Assembly (NCBI RefSeq): GCF_006345805.1 | Contig: NC_042998.1 | Location: forward strand, 68,758,001 to 68,822,000 | From: Octopus sinensis | Taxonomy: Eukaryota | Direction: 5' to 3' | Length of the DNA: 64,000 bases | Shown here: piece by piece, positions 52,883-64,000 of the stretch | Position numbering within the stretch: the first letter of the stretch is position 1 | How the letters are laid out: each line of letters starts with the position of its first letter | The notes under the pieces: generated by a model | Seen by the model: the letters and a program-made list of their open reading frames with translations, nothing else | Database searches by the model: none | What the model was told of the DNA's origin: nothing | Program-made: the position numbers and the translations under genes

Positions 52883-54539
52883 TTCTACCAGCTCGCCGCC
52901 TTTGCCAAAAACATTAACAGAAATAAGAGTCTCGCCTGGACGTGCGATAAACACACAACACCTCTTTCGCTATCTAAAAACAGAAGAATGGTGCGATATA
53001 TCTGATTAATAAGAGGGATAAGGATGTCTCTTGACCTCCATAGTGATAGAAAAAAAATCGATGATGCCATACCAGTGTGTAGGTTATCATCCATTGCATC
53101 AGCAGCTGTCTATAAATGTCCATAAGAGACTACTTTCGCATGAGACATATTTTCGCTAAAACTATTTAGAATTTAGAAATATTGCATTTCTGAATCTCTC
53201 GCAGCACCATAAAGTGATGGCTTGTTGTCAACTTAATGTGGAAGTCCTGTGAAAGAGAAGAACGTACTGCTATTTAGCCCCAAGAAACACCGTTTCTAGT
53301 TGGCTATACAACACAAACGTTCTGAGTCCTTAGGTTTTCAAACAGGGGAGATAAGCACCTCCACCCAACAAAGCCAGCAACCAAAGACTAGTTTCAGGGT
53401 AATTGCTCTTCAGTCAGCGAGCTGGCAGAATCGTGGCACGCCGGGCGAACTGCTTGGCGATATTTCGTCTGTCTTTACGTTCTGAGTTCAAATTCCGCCG
53501 AGGTTGACTTTGCCTTTCATCCTTTCGGGGTCGGTAAATTAATTTACTAGTTGCGTACTGGGGTCGATCTAATCGACTGGCACCTTCTCCAAAAATGTCG
53601 GGCCTTGTGCCCAGAGTAGAAAAGAATCGTGGCACGCCGGACAGAATGCTGCGCGTAATTTAAAGTTCTGGGTTCAAATATCATCGAGGTCGATAAAATA
53701 AGAATCAGTTGAACATTAAGGTTGATGTAACCGACTTAACCCCTCCCTCGAAATTACTGGCCTTGTGCCAAAATCTGAAACCAGTTTTATACGCATGGAT
53801 AGTCCCAACGGCCATACCAAAGGTACACCAGAGCTAGAAAGTATCAGCACATTTCAAAATAAAGAATACTGATGGAATATTCTTTTCTTCTCTAGGCAGG
53901 AGGGGGACCAGTCGATTCGATCGACCCAATACACAACTGATACTTAATTTATCGACCCCGAAAGGATGAAAGGCAAAGTCGACTTCGACTGAATACTAAT
54001 AGAATATTCGAATACAAATAGTTACCGTGTGTGTGTGTAACAGGACAGATAGTGTTGTAAGGGATGAGGAGCAAATGTCATGCATTTCTGAAGAGATACG
54101 AAGGAGCGTGTGGCTTAGTGGTAAGGGTATTGACCTCGCAAACATAAGATTGTGGTTTCGATTCCTGGACCGGGCGATGTGATGTGTTCTTGAGCAAAAC
54201 ACTTCATTTCATTTTGTTCCATTACACTCGGCCGGTAGAAATGAGTAATCCTTTGACGAACCGGCATCTCGCTTAACCCATGGACTGCCAAATTCTTCTT
54301 TCATATTTTTTGGCTTTGCCAGATATTCTAAGAGTTAAAATAATATATAGCATTTAAATGTTCTTCATATGTGAATTATTTGGGAAATTAGGATAATTTT
54401 TTCGAAAAGTCCCAAATGGGGATCGCTGAAAAAAAGCATATTTATCCTCTTCCCTTTTCTATTCAATTGTAATAATAAACATTTTAGTTTTTTTGAAACT
54501 ATAGTATCAAATGCGAATGTATATGGGATATCAATGAAT

Positions 54540-54870
54540 GATATAGATGGAAAATGCAAAAGAAAAAAAGTTTTGGGGTCTAGCTCCAAATTTTGGAATT
54601 AAAATCTACAATACCCGAAATGAACGGCATTGCACAGTACCAAAGGTCCCATCTTCTCCATCGAGGATACGAACTCAATATTGTAATAGCTTGGAATTCA
54701 AGGACCACAACTTTTTAATGCCCTACCACAGGACATCAGGGATCTACAAGGTATAGACATGAAAGTCTTCAAAAAATGTTCAGACAGCTTTTTATCTACA
54801 ATACCGAAAGAACTCAGATCGCGGCAGGAGGCACAAAGAAGAGTGACAATACTGGAAATATCTCCGGATG
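54540..54870 (+). mobile_element. CR1-like LINE 3' fragment
   Basis: GLAPNFGIK..TRNERHCTVPKVPSSPSRIRTQYCNSLEFK, continuing through frameshifts to PQDIRDLQGIDMKVFK...FLSTIP. Confidence 0.7.
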
Positions 54871-56078
54871 CAGTAAAGGCAGTGCACCAGCATGGCCTCA
54901 GCCTCTGGCTAAAACCATAAAAGATAAAAGGTAAAAGATAAAACAGTCAATATTTTTATAGTTCAAAAATTGTGATTTATGACATAAAATGTCCTCTAGA
55001 CTTAGCCAGAGTTAATGACAATATTACACAGAGTTAATAATGAAATATTACACAGATCGACATCTTTTCAATCACCAATATGATTAAAACACTATAAAAA
55101 TAAGTGTCTCAAATTTGACACATGGCCAATAATTTCGGGTGGACGGGTTAAATCGATTACATCGATCCTAGTAATGAATTGGTACTTATTTTTCGACCCC
55201 GAAAGGATAAAAAGCGAAGTCGACCTCATCGGAATTTGAATTCAGAGACGGACGAAATGCCGCTAAGACCTACACGGTAATGATTCGGCCAGCACGCCTC
55301 CTTGAAACACTATCATAACATTAACCTTTGAACAAAGGAAGTATTTTCTTCACTGTATAATTATCTTCCGTTACATTTCTAACAACTGCTGCATAAAATA
55401 TGTTAACACTATCTTAACTTATTTCTGTTCATTGTCATTACATATTTACGTCTCGTTTCTACATAAACCAACCTTATTGAAAGCACACAAAACAAAGGTT
55501 ACATCGATTAAAGTGTGCGACATCAAAACGTCCCATATTTTTCTCAGACATTGATGTAGCGTGAGTTACATCATGTTCGGCAGACGATAAGGATGTCTTC
55601 ATGTAGCTACTGTTTTGTAGTTTTGTTTTCTTTGCTTACCATCAAGGTTTGAAGAGATGTGGTTTTACTGTTGAAACGGTTATCAAAAATGGTCTAAGGG
55701 AAGCTTTTGTTGCACCCAGTAAAACCAACAACGTGAAATTGGTTAAAAAAAAAAAAGAAGGAAAAGAAGAAAGAAAAAAAGAGATCTTTCTGCTTTAATG
55801 GATTCTACAACTTTATAATTATTTTGCTTAGCCTAAGTTCTAGAGCAGAACGGTCTCTGGTGAACCGAAAATCAGATTTTATTGGCGTATTCTACATGAG
55901 AGATTTTCGTAAATATAACAACTTTTCTTTTTCTCTTTCTTTCTCAATTGCTCTCTTTCTCAGTACCTTTCTCTCTCACACACTCTTTCTGCTTTTCACA
56001 CCTCCTTTTTTGCTTTCTATCTCGACCTTTCTCTTTCTCGATGTGATGTGTGTTTGTGTGTTGGGGTGGAGTTGTGTG

Positions 56079-56117
<39 letters not shown>

Positions 56118-56444
56118 GTGGTGAGTTGGCTTAGTCAATCGAGCGTCAGTCCGAATTTCCTGCAGCGTTCTGAATTCAAATTCCACCGAAGTCAACTTTA
56201 CCTTTCATACATTTGAGGCCGATAAGTATGGGAGTCGATTCTTTTCCCCTTACTCACACACTTTCTCTCCCTCTCCCTCTCTGTTTATCTATCTATTTAT
56301 CTATTTAGCTAGCTAGCTATCTCTATCACACACAAATTCACTTTCTCCGTCTCACTGAACTGGAAGAAATGTAAAGGAGAGAGATTCAATGCCCAAAACA
56401 CAACCGATAACATCACCGCAGCTCAGCAGAAGAGATATTACAAC

Positions 56445-56675
56445 AGTTCTCCAGATGACTTTATCTTGATGGCTTATTACCACAGATGTCCAGATGACTT
56501 ATACAACAGATGTCGAGACAGCTCTCAGATGATTTATCACCACAGCTCCCCAATTGAATAATTACAAGTCTCCAGATGAACTATTACTCCTTACTACAAA
56601 CAACTCTCAAGATGACTTATTACCAGACAGATCTCCAGATGATTTATTACCTCATCTCTCCAGATGTCTTAATAT
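56445..56675 (+). repeat. Degenerate tandem repeat with CTCCAGATGA(C/T)TTAT core
   Basis: About 7 irregularly spaced CAGATGA/AAGATGA units. Confidence 0.6.
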
Positions 56676-56689
56676 CACAATCCCCAAAA

Positions 56690-57275
56690 AAGTTTTAACT
56701 ATTACTGAGAATCGTTCTCTTCATCTCCTAGGATTGACTTTCTGTAATGATTTTTCTTGGAGGACTTACATTGAATCTATTGCCAAATTGGCTGCATTGA
56801 CGGTAGGCTCACTCCTTCGTTCGAGGAGTTACCTTAATCCTGAGATTACTCTTTATCTTTATAAGTTCACCATTCGCCCCAGCATTGAGTGCAGTTGTCA
56901 CATATTCTCCTGCAAATTATTTAACTCTGTTGGACCGCGTTCAACGCCGTATTTGTAATGCTATTGGTCCTAATCTATCTTCTAAATTGGATTCATTCTG
57001 TCATCGTCGTCGTGTATTTTCCTTGTCTCTTTTCTATAAGTATTTTTTATGGGCATTGTTCAGCTTTAAGAACTTTCAGCGATCAACAAGACTTGCATCC
57101 AGTTCTCATCAATATACTGTGCAACTTAAGTGTTGTAAAGCACTTCACACTACCAGTTTCTTCCCTCGCACCTCAGAACTTTGGAATTCCCTTCCACAGT
57201 CTGGTTTTCCTCTTCAATATGACCTCCAGTCTTTTAAGTCTAATGTACAACGTCATTTCCCTTTTACTCTTATAC
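56690..57275 (+). mobile_element. Jockey/CR1-group LINE 3' fragment (post-RT region)
   Basis: LLGLTF.NDFSWRTYIESIAK...LYLYKFTIRPSIE; LLDRVQRRI; HRRRVFSLSLFYKY; SFFPRTSELWNSLP...YDLQSFKSNV. Confidence 0.8.
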
Positions 57276-57279
57276 AATT

Positions 57280-57467
57280 TTACTTGTTTCAGTCATTTGA
57301 CTGTGGCCATGCCGGAGCACCGCCTTTAGTCGAGCACATCGACCCCAGGACTTATTCTATCGGTCTCTTTTGCCGAACCGCTAAGTTACGGTGACGTAAA
57401 CACACCAGCTTCGGTTGTCAAGCGATGTTGGGGGGTGGGGTGGACAAACACAGGCACACAAACATAT

Positions 57468-57502
<35 letters not shown>

Positions 57503-57668
57503 GATAGATAGATAGATATATGACGGGCTTCTTTCAGTTTCCGTCTACCAAATCCACTCACAAGGCTTTGGTTGGCCCGAGGCTATAGTAGAATACACTT
57601 GCCCAAGGTGCCACGCAGTGGGACTGAACCCGGAACCATGTAGTTCGTAAGCAAGCCACTCCTACGCC
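57280..57668 (-). mobile_element. SINE family B
   Basis: Reverse complement of the family B consensus abutting the LINE 3' end. Confidence 0.85.
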
Positions 57669-58399
57669 TATTGACTTCTGTCTAGCGTCCATTTTATTTT
57701 AGTAGCTCTTACGTTTTCAGTGGTCTTGTAACGAGTGAATGCTTTAAAAAAAGAAACAAAGAAACAAATTGCTGAGTAGATCATTAGTCCTCAGACAAAT
57801 ACCACCACCAGCACCTCCCCAACAACCATATCAAAACTTTTTGTGAAATGTTTCTACACTCATCCATTTCTTTTTTTATTTAAGTCAATGGTTCCCAACC
57901 GGAGTCCAAACGACCTTTGGGGTACAATATAAGATTTCGTTGCTAAAGTCTGTGCAATAAATTGGTTATACTTCTACCATACACAAAAAATTCTAGCAAT
58001 TTTTCTATGCAGGCGTGGCATGGTGGTAAGTACATGGTTCCGGGTTCAGTCCCACTAAGACACCAGGCGTGGCTGAGTGGTAACCACATGGTTCCGGGTT
58101 CAGTCCCACTAAGACACCAGGCAGAGCCGAAAATAATATGATTAAAAAAGCTTTGGCAGTTAATGGGTTAAACATGATAATAGATCTTTCTTGTGTTCGA
58201 TCTTCATAGTCATTCCCTACAATGGGCAAGACGAGTTTATTACTAAACTGCCGTAGCTGTGTGGTGAGAAGTTTGCTTCTGGGTTCGGTCCCACTGCGCA
58301 GCACCTTGGGCAAGTGTCTTCTACTATAGCCGATCTAATCCTTGTGAATGAATTTGGTGGACGGAAACTGAAAGAAGCCCGTCAAGTGTGTGTGTGCGT

Positions 58400-58477
<78 letters not shown>

Positions 58478-58759
58478 GAAAGAGTTACTGTTTGTGTTTG
58501 TCGTCCACCACCACTTGGCAACCGGTATTAGTACGTTTACGTCCCGTAATTTAGGGGTTCGGCAAAAGAGACCAACAGAATAAAGTATCAGACATTAAAA
58601 AAAGACAAGTACTGAGGAGGTTGATTCCTTCGACTAAAACTTCTTCAATGTGGTGCACCAGCATGGCCGCGGACTTATGACCGCAACAAGTAAAAGATAA
58701 GTCTTTCATGATATATTATTGCAGATGTAGATGGGAAGTTTATTAATGAAAATTTCAAA

Positions 58760-58950
58760 TTTTCGCCAGAATGGCAGCTTGGGGAGGGGACTAAGTCGAT
58801 TAGATCGACTGGTACTTAATTTATCGACCCCGAAAGGATAAAAGGCAAAAGTCGACCTCGGCGGAATTTGAACTCGGAACGTAGCGACAGAAGAAATACT
58901 GCTAAGCATATCGCCTGGCGTGCTAACGATTCTGTCAGCTCGCCGCCTTC
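58760..58950 (-). mobile_element. SINE family A (monomer)
   Basis: Reverse complement of the family A consensus. Confidence 0.8.
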
Positions 58951-58992
58951 GGAAGTTTATCAATGGTAAACATCAATTATAACTAAGCATTA

Positions 58993-59243
58993 TTGGGTTG
59001 GTGCATAATTATTGCGGCTTCTTTTCAACAAATTTTATTCAACAAAAACGATAACAATATTTAATAAAAACATCTTTAAATGACGGTCTAACCATCTGCC
59101 AAGCAAATGGGAAGTAGTAATTGAAGAAGAAGGTGAATATGCTCCGGAATAATCATTTAAAGATGTTTTTGTTACATGTTGTTATTGTTTTTGTTGAATA
59201 AAGTTTGTTGAAAAAAAGCCGTAATAATTATGCGCCAACCCAA
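58993..59243. mobile_element. Mariner-derived MITE with ~90-bp TIRs and TA TSD
   Basis: TA|TTGGGTTGGTGCATAATTATTGCGGC ... GCCGTAATAATTATGCGCCAACCCAA|TA. The core encodes NHLPSKWEVVIEEEGEYAPE*, a mariner C-terminus. Confidence 0.9.
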
Positions 59244-60033
59244 TAGTTATTGCTACGACTGTCTGCATAAGTGATTACCATAATACACACCATTAGTTAT
59301 TATGGTGAAAGTGGGTTGCAGTATAATTCCATCACGATGGGGCTGGGCCTGAAACCGTGTGGCAGCGAAGAAAAAAAAATTAATTCTAATTTTATTTTTT
59401 CTCCTATGAATATTGTTTGTTTTTCCATATTTCGATTTTTTTTAATGTGAATACATGCAAATAAACACACTGCAAGGACTATTTTAACAAAGCGCTATGT
59501 GCAATATTATCAGACCAGACGTTCTATCTATCCATTTTGGTTATGCTTTTGTTTCAAACCTATTTCATAAATCTTTGTATAAAGATATAAAAGCAGTCAT
59601 GAATTGGAATGAGACGACAGGGCACAGCCGCTTGGGCGCTGATGATTTTTTTTTAAATAAATAAAAAAGAAAAAAAACTGTTTTAATAAAAAATAATTAA
59701 AAAACAATACACGATATTTTTTCACCAAATTCAAGATTTAAATTATTGGTGTGTATAATGCGTATAAGATATGGTATTTAACAGCAAAGTTTTCTCCACC
59801 CATTTTCATTTAAAAATATATATTTACGCATTACTATTAATCTTTATTATGTTTACTCATATATTTACACATTATATCTAAAACTATTAGAAACTAATAT
59901 AAAGGATTATAACAGATTATCTACTCCTGTGGTGGTTGTACAGCCTTGTGTGTTATACATGGTAGGTTTTCTTTTACTTGCCTCAGTCACTGGACTGCGG
60001 CCATGCTGGGGCAACGCCTTGGAGGGTTTAGAC

Positions 60034-60345
60034 CATAGGTTCTCAAAGTGGGCGCTACCGCCCTCAGTGGGTGTTGAGACGGTCCAGGTGGACGCTGGTG
60101 CCTAAAGGGACTGGGAGCGGTAGAGAAAAAGAGGCGTTGGGAGGAAGGCAGTGGCTTGGGAACACTATGAATTTATTATATTATTATTATAATATTGTAT
60201 ACATAATTACAAAATATCAAATGATTCAGAGTATATATATATTACTAAAATATAAAATATTTATTTATACATAAAAATAGGCGGGGCTGAGGGGTATTAT
60301 GTGTCCATGGGGGAGGCAGTGGCCCAAGAAGTTTGAGAGCCTCTA
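60034..60345. mobile_element. hAT (Charlie-like) MITE, degenerate
   Basis: Ends CATAGGTTCTCAAAG ... GTTTGAGAGCCTCTA resemble CAGTGGTTCTCAAA-type TIRs. No clear TSD. Confidence 0.45.
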
Positions 60346-60662
60346 GTGCGACGAAAGTTTTAGCACCAAATAATTGTTTCAAGTTTTGCTACAAAGCCAT
60401 CAATTTTAGAGTAAAAGGTGTTAATCGATGACATCGACTCAAATATTTGACTTGTGATTAAAGTATCGACCCCGAAGAGATGAAAGGCATAGCTGTCCAA
60501 GGCAGAATTTGAACTCGGAATGTGGAGTAAGTGGAGAAAGAACACACACGGAAATGAAAAGTGTCGCTGGAGAGGTCACAGATGTGTGACGGAAGATTTC
60601 CAGACAATGCACAGGCGTTAAAATAATAAAATAACAGTAATAAACTAGTGAAGAAATATATA

Positions 60663-61112
60663 TAGGCGTAGGAGTGTCTGTGGAGTAAGTAGCTTGCTTG
60701 CCAACCACATAGTTCCGGGTTCAGTCCCACTGCGTGGTACCTTGGGTAAGTGTCTTCTACTATAGCCTCGGGCCGACCAAAGCCTTGTCAGTGGATTTGG
60801 TAGACGGAAACTGAAAGAATCCCGTCGTATATATATGTGTGTTTGTGTGTGTGTGTGTGTCTGTGTGTGTGTGTGTGCGCGTGTGTGCGTGTTGTGTGTA
60901 TGTATGTGCGTGTCTGTGTTTGTCCCCTCAACATCGTTTGACAACCGATGCTGGTGTGTTTAAGTCCCCGTAACTTAGCGGTTCGGCAAAAGAGACCGAC
61001 AGAATAAGTACTAGGTTTACAAAGAATAAGTCCTGGGGTCGATTTGCTCGACTGAAGGCGGTGCCAGGCATGGCCACAGTCACATGACTGAAATAAGTAA
61101 AAGAGTAAAAGA
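60663..61112 (+). mobile_element. SINE family B
   Basis: Full-length family B copy. Confidence 0.85.
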
Positions 61113-61158
61113 GTATACATACATACATACATACATACATACGTACATGCATACATAC

Positions 61159-61190
<32 letters not shown>

Positions 61191-61215
61191 GTATGTATGT
61201 ATGTATGTGTGTGTT

Positions 61216-61266
<51 letters not shown>

Positions 61267-61584
61267 ATTTGGCAAAAAATTAATGAATAAAAAATAAATA
61301 AATAAAATGACTATCCCGAAGTACAACAATATCTGTTTCAACATGATTTCACATCAGGAACCTTGCAAAACGAATTGATAAACGTAACGTATTAATATAA
61401 CTGAGCGAATTTGACCCGATGTCTCTCCCAAAGGAGCAACCAGGGGGAAAACTGATTATTTTTCAATTGATTATTTTACTCTCATCAGACAGTAAAAGGG
61501 TCGAGACGGAACTCTTGTTGGGCTGTTTGGGACATCAATAGACCTTAATACGATCCTGCTGCCAATAATGGTGAACATTGATTA

Positions 61585-63936
61585 CACTGGTCAACAAAAT
61601 TAAATGTATTGTACTCATTATGAATGCAAACCAATTTTTTAGACTAATTTTTCATGCTGATTTCAAAATTGCACTTCATTTGTATGCAGCACGTATCAGT
61701 TTTCCAGTAGATACATGCAAATATTTACATATTTGTATATATGAAATCATTAACGTAATAAATAAGGACATTATTTTTAGTAAGTAAATGAGTTTATTGA
61801 GTTAAAAATCATTACTATAATTCTACAAAGAGTGAATACACAGAAAATGGGTCAAACAAAACAGACAAAGAACAACAGAATTAGAAACATTGTGAATTGG
61901 ATTTCCTGTGGTGTTCCTGATCTGGTTGATCACGGTAAAATGTCCAGCAGTAGTCAGCCAGTATACAGTAATTCCAGAAGCCTTGGTACCGTTTCTCCAT
62001 AACACTAATGTCCTAGTGAAATCTTTCACCATATCCATCAGACACTGCTCCAAGGTTATCTGTGAAGAAATCCAGATGGGAGTCCAAGAAGGGAACTTTC
62101 AATGACAAGCGACAACCCATTGCTGAGTAACATCTCAGAAGATTCTTGATGCCATCTTTGTAGTCCATTGCCTCCTTGTTGCCCAAGAAAATCTCGCAGA
62201 TCCAATTGAAAACATTCCAGACAGGCAGTTCCAGTTCATCTAGTGTTGTCTTGAAGTTGACATCTTTGAGCACTTCTCTAATTTGAGGGTCTGACAAAGA
62301 TACCTTCTTTCAGCTTCGCCTGTGTGATTTTGGGTAACTTTTCTACAATATACTCAAACCTTCTGGCATTTCTCTTCCCTAGTGTCTTTATAAACTTTCA
62401 TCAGTCCAAGCTTTATGTACAAAGGAAGCAATAGGACATTACATGGATCTACAAGAGGTGTATTCTTGACGTTAGGCAGACCTGGCTGGTATGATGTTCT
62501 TGTCTGCTAGTTTGATTCCGAATATCTGTCAGTTGTCCAACTATCCCATAGACACAAGGAACGAGTGTATTTTGTGAAATCTGGCTGTATTTCCATTAAC
62601 ATTCCAATGACTTATAAATCTCCACATATTTTTCATGAATATCTTTCATAGGCAATGGCATGAAGTAAAAGTTCCATATTCTTATATTATTCATGAATTT
62701 GAACGGAGCGTGCAAAGGGAATGGAAGGCTTCAAATTACCATTATGGAGAAGTACAGCTTTTAAACTTCGCTTTAAAGAATCAGTAAACAAACGCCACTC
62801 TCCAGAATCATGATTTTATAATAAACATTCGAAAAGTCCATCGATGTTACTGCAAAAGCAAAACGGGCCTTCAACAGAAAAACACGTTTGTAGAACCACA
62901 TTTCTCTGCCGAAAATTAGTTGTACGAACACCGCGCTCAAGCAGATACTTCTCCTTCAGTCTTGATGCCAACAGTTCTGCTTTATTTTTTAAGAGGGATA
63001 GGCCTCTGACAAGTTCATTCAGTTCAGTTTGGGAAAATTTCTGAGGTTCAAACCTATCGTCATCAGTAGCACTATCATGACAGTCAGTATCAGCATCTCA
63101 TGTTTCAATATCATCATCTGGTGGAACTGGAATTGGCAGTCTTCTATTGTGAGGCACAGGTCTCATTGCAGAATTCAAATTGGGGAACACATTTTTGTGT
63201 TAATTCTTCATAGGAAATGTGACATTTACTTTGCAAAAATAACAGTTATTAAAATGGTCTTTTGGCTCCCTCCATATCATTGGAATAGCAAAAGGCATGG
63301 ACTTCTTAATATTGAACCAGTTACGTAAGCCATTTGAGCTAACTGAGCAAATAAAACGTGGTACCCATGACTTGTCCTGATCTCCAAGAGGACAGTCAAC
63401 GTATAGCTTATAAATCGTCTTTATCTCTGGTGTTATTGTACGTTTTTGAGCTTTCACAATAAATTGTCCACAGACATAACAAAACACTTCAGAACGATTT
63501 CTGCACTCTCTTGATATTGTTAATACAGTAAAGCAAGTAAGTAAATAGATACAAACGGTTATACTTATATTGAATTTGAGATGATGAAATATTTTATCAG
63601 ACCAATTATGAGTGGACAGTTTGAGATATTGAAATACTTATTTCATCAGATAAAACTTGATTGGTTAATTTAAGAAGATGAAATATTGCATCTGAACTAT
63701 GCAGCAATGAATAATGCAGTTTATTTTAAAGGTATGTTTCCATGATGTAAATGAAATACATGCATACACGTCATTAATTGGAATTTCTATATAATGCATG
63801 AGCTAAAACCAAAAAACTTTCTCATCTTGAAAACTATAAGTGATATCAAAAAACTAATTGTATATTTGAAATCAGCATTAAGAACTACACTAAGTACACC
63901 TTGACATGCTTGATGAAAAATACTTGTTGACCAGTG
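61585..63936 (-). mobile_element. Complete Chapaev(3)-like DNA transposon with decayed transposase
   Basis: 13-bp TIR CACTGGTCAACAA at both ends, 3-bp TTA TSD. Minus-strand remnants FCYVCGQF...LGDQDKSWVP...PMIWREPKDH..NCYFC; ICGDL*V; LYIKLGLMK; FLDSHLDFF.DNLGAVSD..GERFH. Superfamily assignment is from recall. Confidence 0.85.
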
Positions 63937-64000
63937 TTATCTTTGTATTAACCGGAAATGACATTTTCAATGGTACGGAAGTTCTTGGTCACATGTCACC

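Noticed and set aside
55649-55702. Possible 54-nt minus-strand exon (TIFDNRFNSKTTSLQTLM|GTAAGC)
   Set aside because: The donor is good, but the acceptor is far from the pyrimidine tract and no partner exons were found.
59586-59660. TATAAAA followed by an ATG
   Set aside because: The short frame runs into poly-T/poly-A, and TATA-like words are ubiquitous in this AT-rich DNA.

Overview
Eukaryotic, AT-rich, microsatellite- and SINE-saturated genomic DNA. I infer a coleoid cephalopod, most likely Octopus, from recalled SINE families and the compound-microsatellite style; this is not database-verified. There is one 100-N assembly gap at 3179-3278. I could assemble by hand one complete, phase-consistent six-exon gene on the minus strand (ATG 41921 to stop 13520; 1362 nt, 453 aa). 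It encodes a type I membrane protein: signal peptide, 10-Cys SUEL/rhamnose-binding-lectin-like domain, CUB-like domain, short stalk, transmembrane helix and a cytoplasmic tail with an NIYDN tyrosine motif. Three of its six exons are absent from the ORF track. The rest is mostly mobile DNA: a 2-kb R4/Dong-like REL retrotransposon plus several related 3' fragments nested in microsatellites, RTE/CR1/Jockey/CRE-like LINE remnants, two decayed mariners, a mariner MITE, a non-autonomous Helitron, a complete Chapaev-like element with TIRs and TSD, and dozens of tRNA-derived SINEs in at least four families. The most interesting unannotated signals are: (1) several minimal type I hammerhead ribozyme motifs in short repeats, one in the tail of a tRNA-headed SINE and one sense-oriented in intron 1; (2) long near-perfect fold-back hairpins in intron 3 and the putative 3' UTR; (3) two microsatellite-associated REL retrotransposon lineages, one at (TAA)n and one at (CATA)n/(CA)n. 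SINE and LINE-fragment boundaries are approximate. No CRISPR arrays, rRNA genes or bona fide tRNA genes were found.
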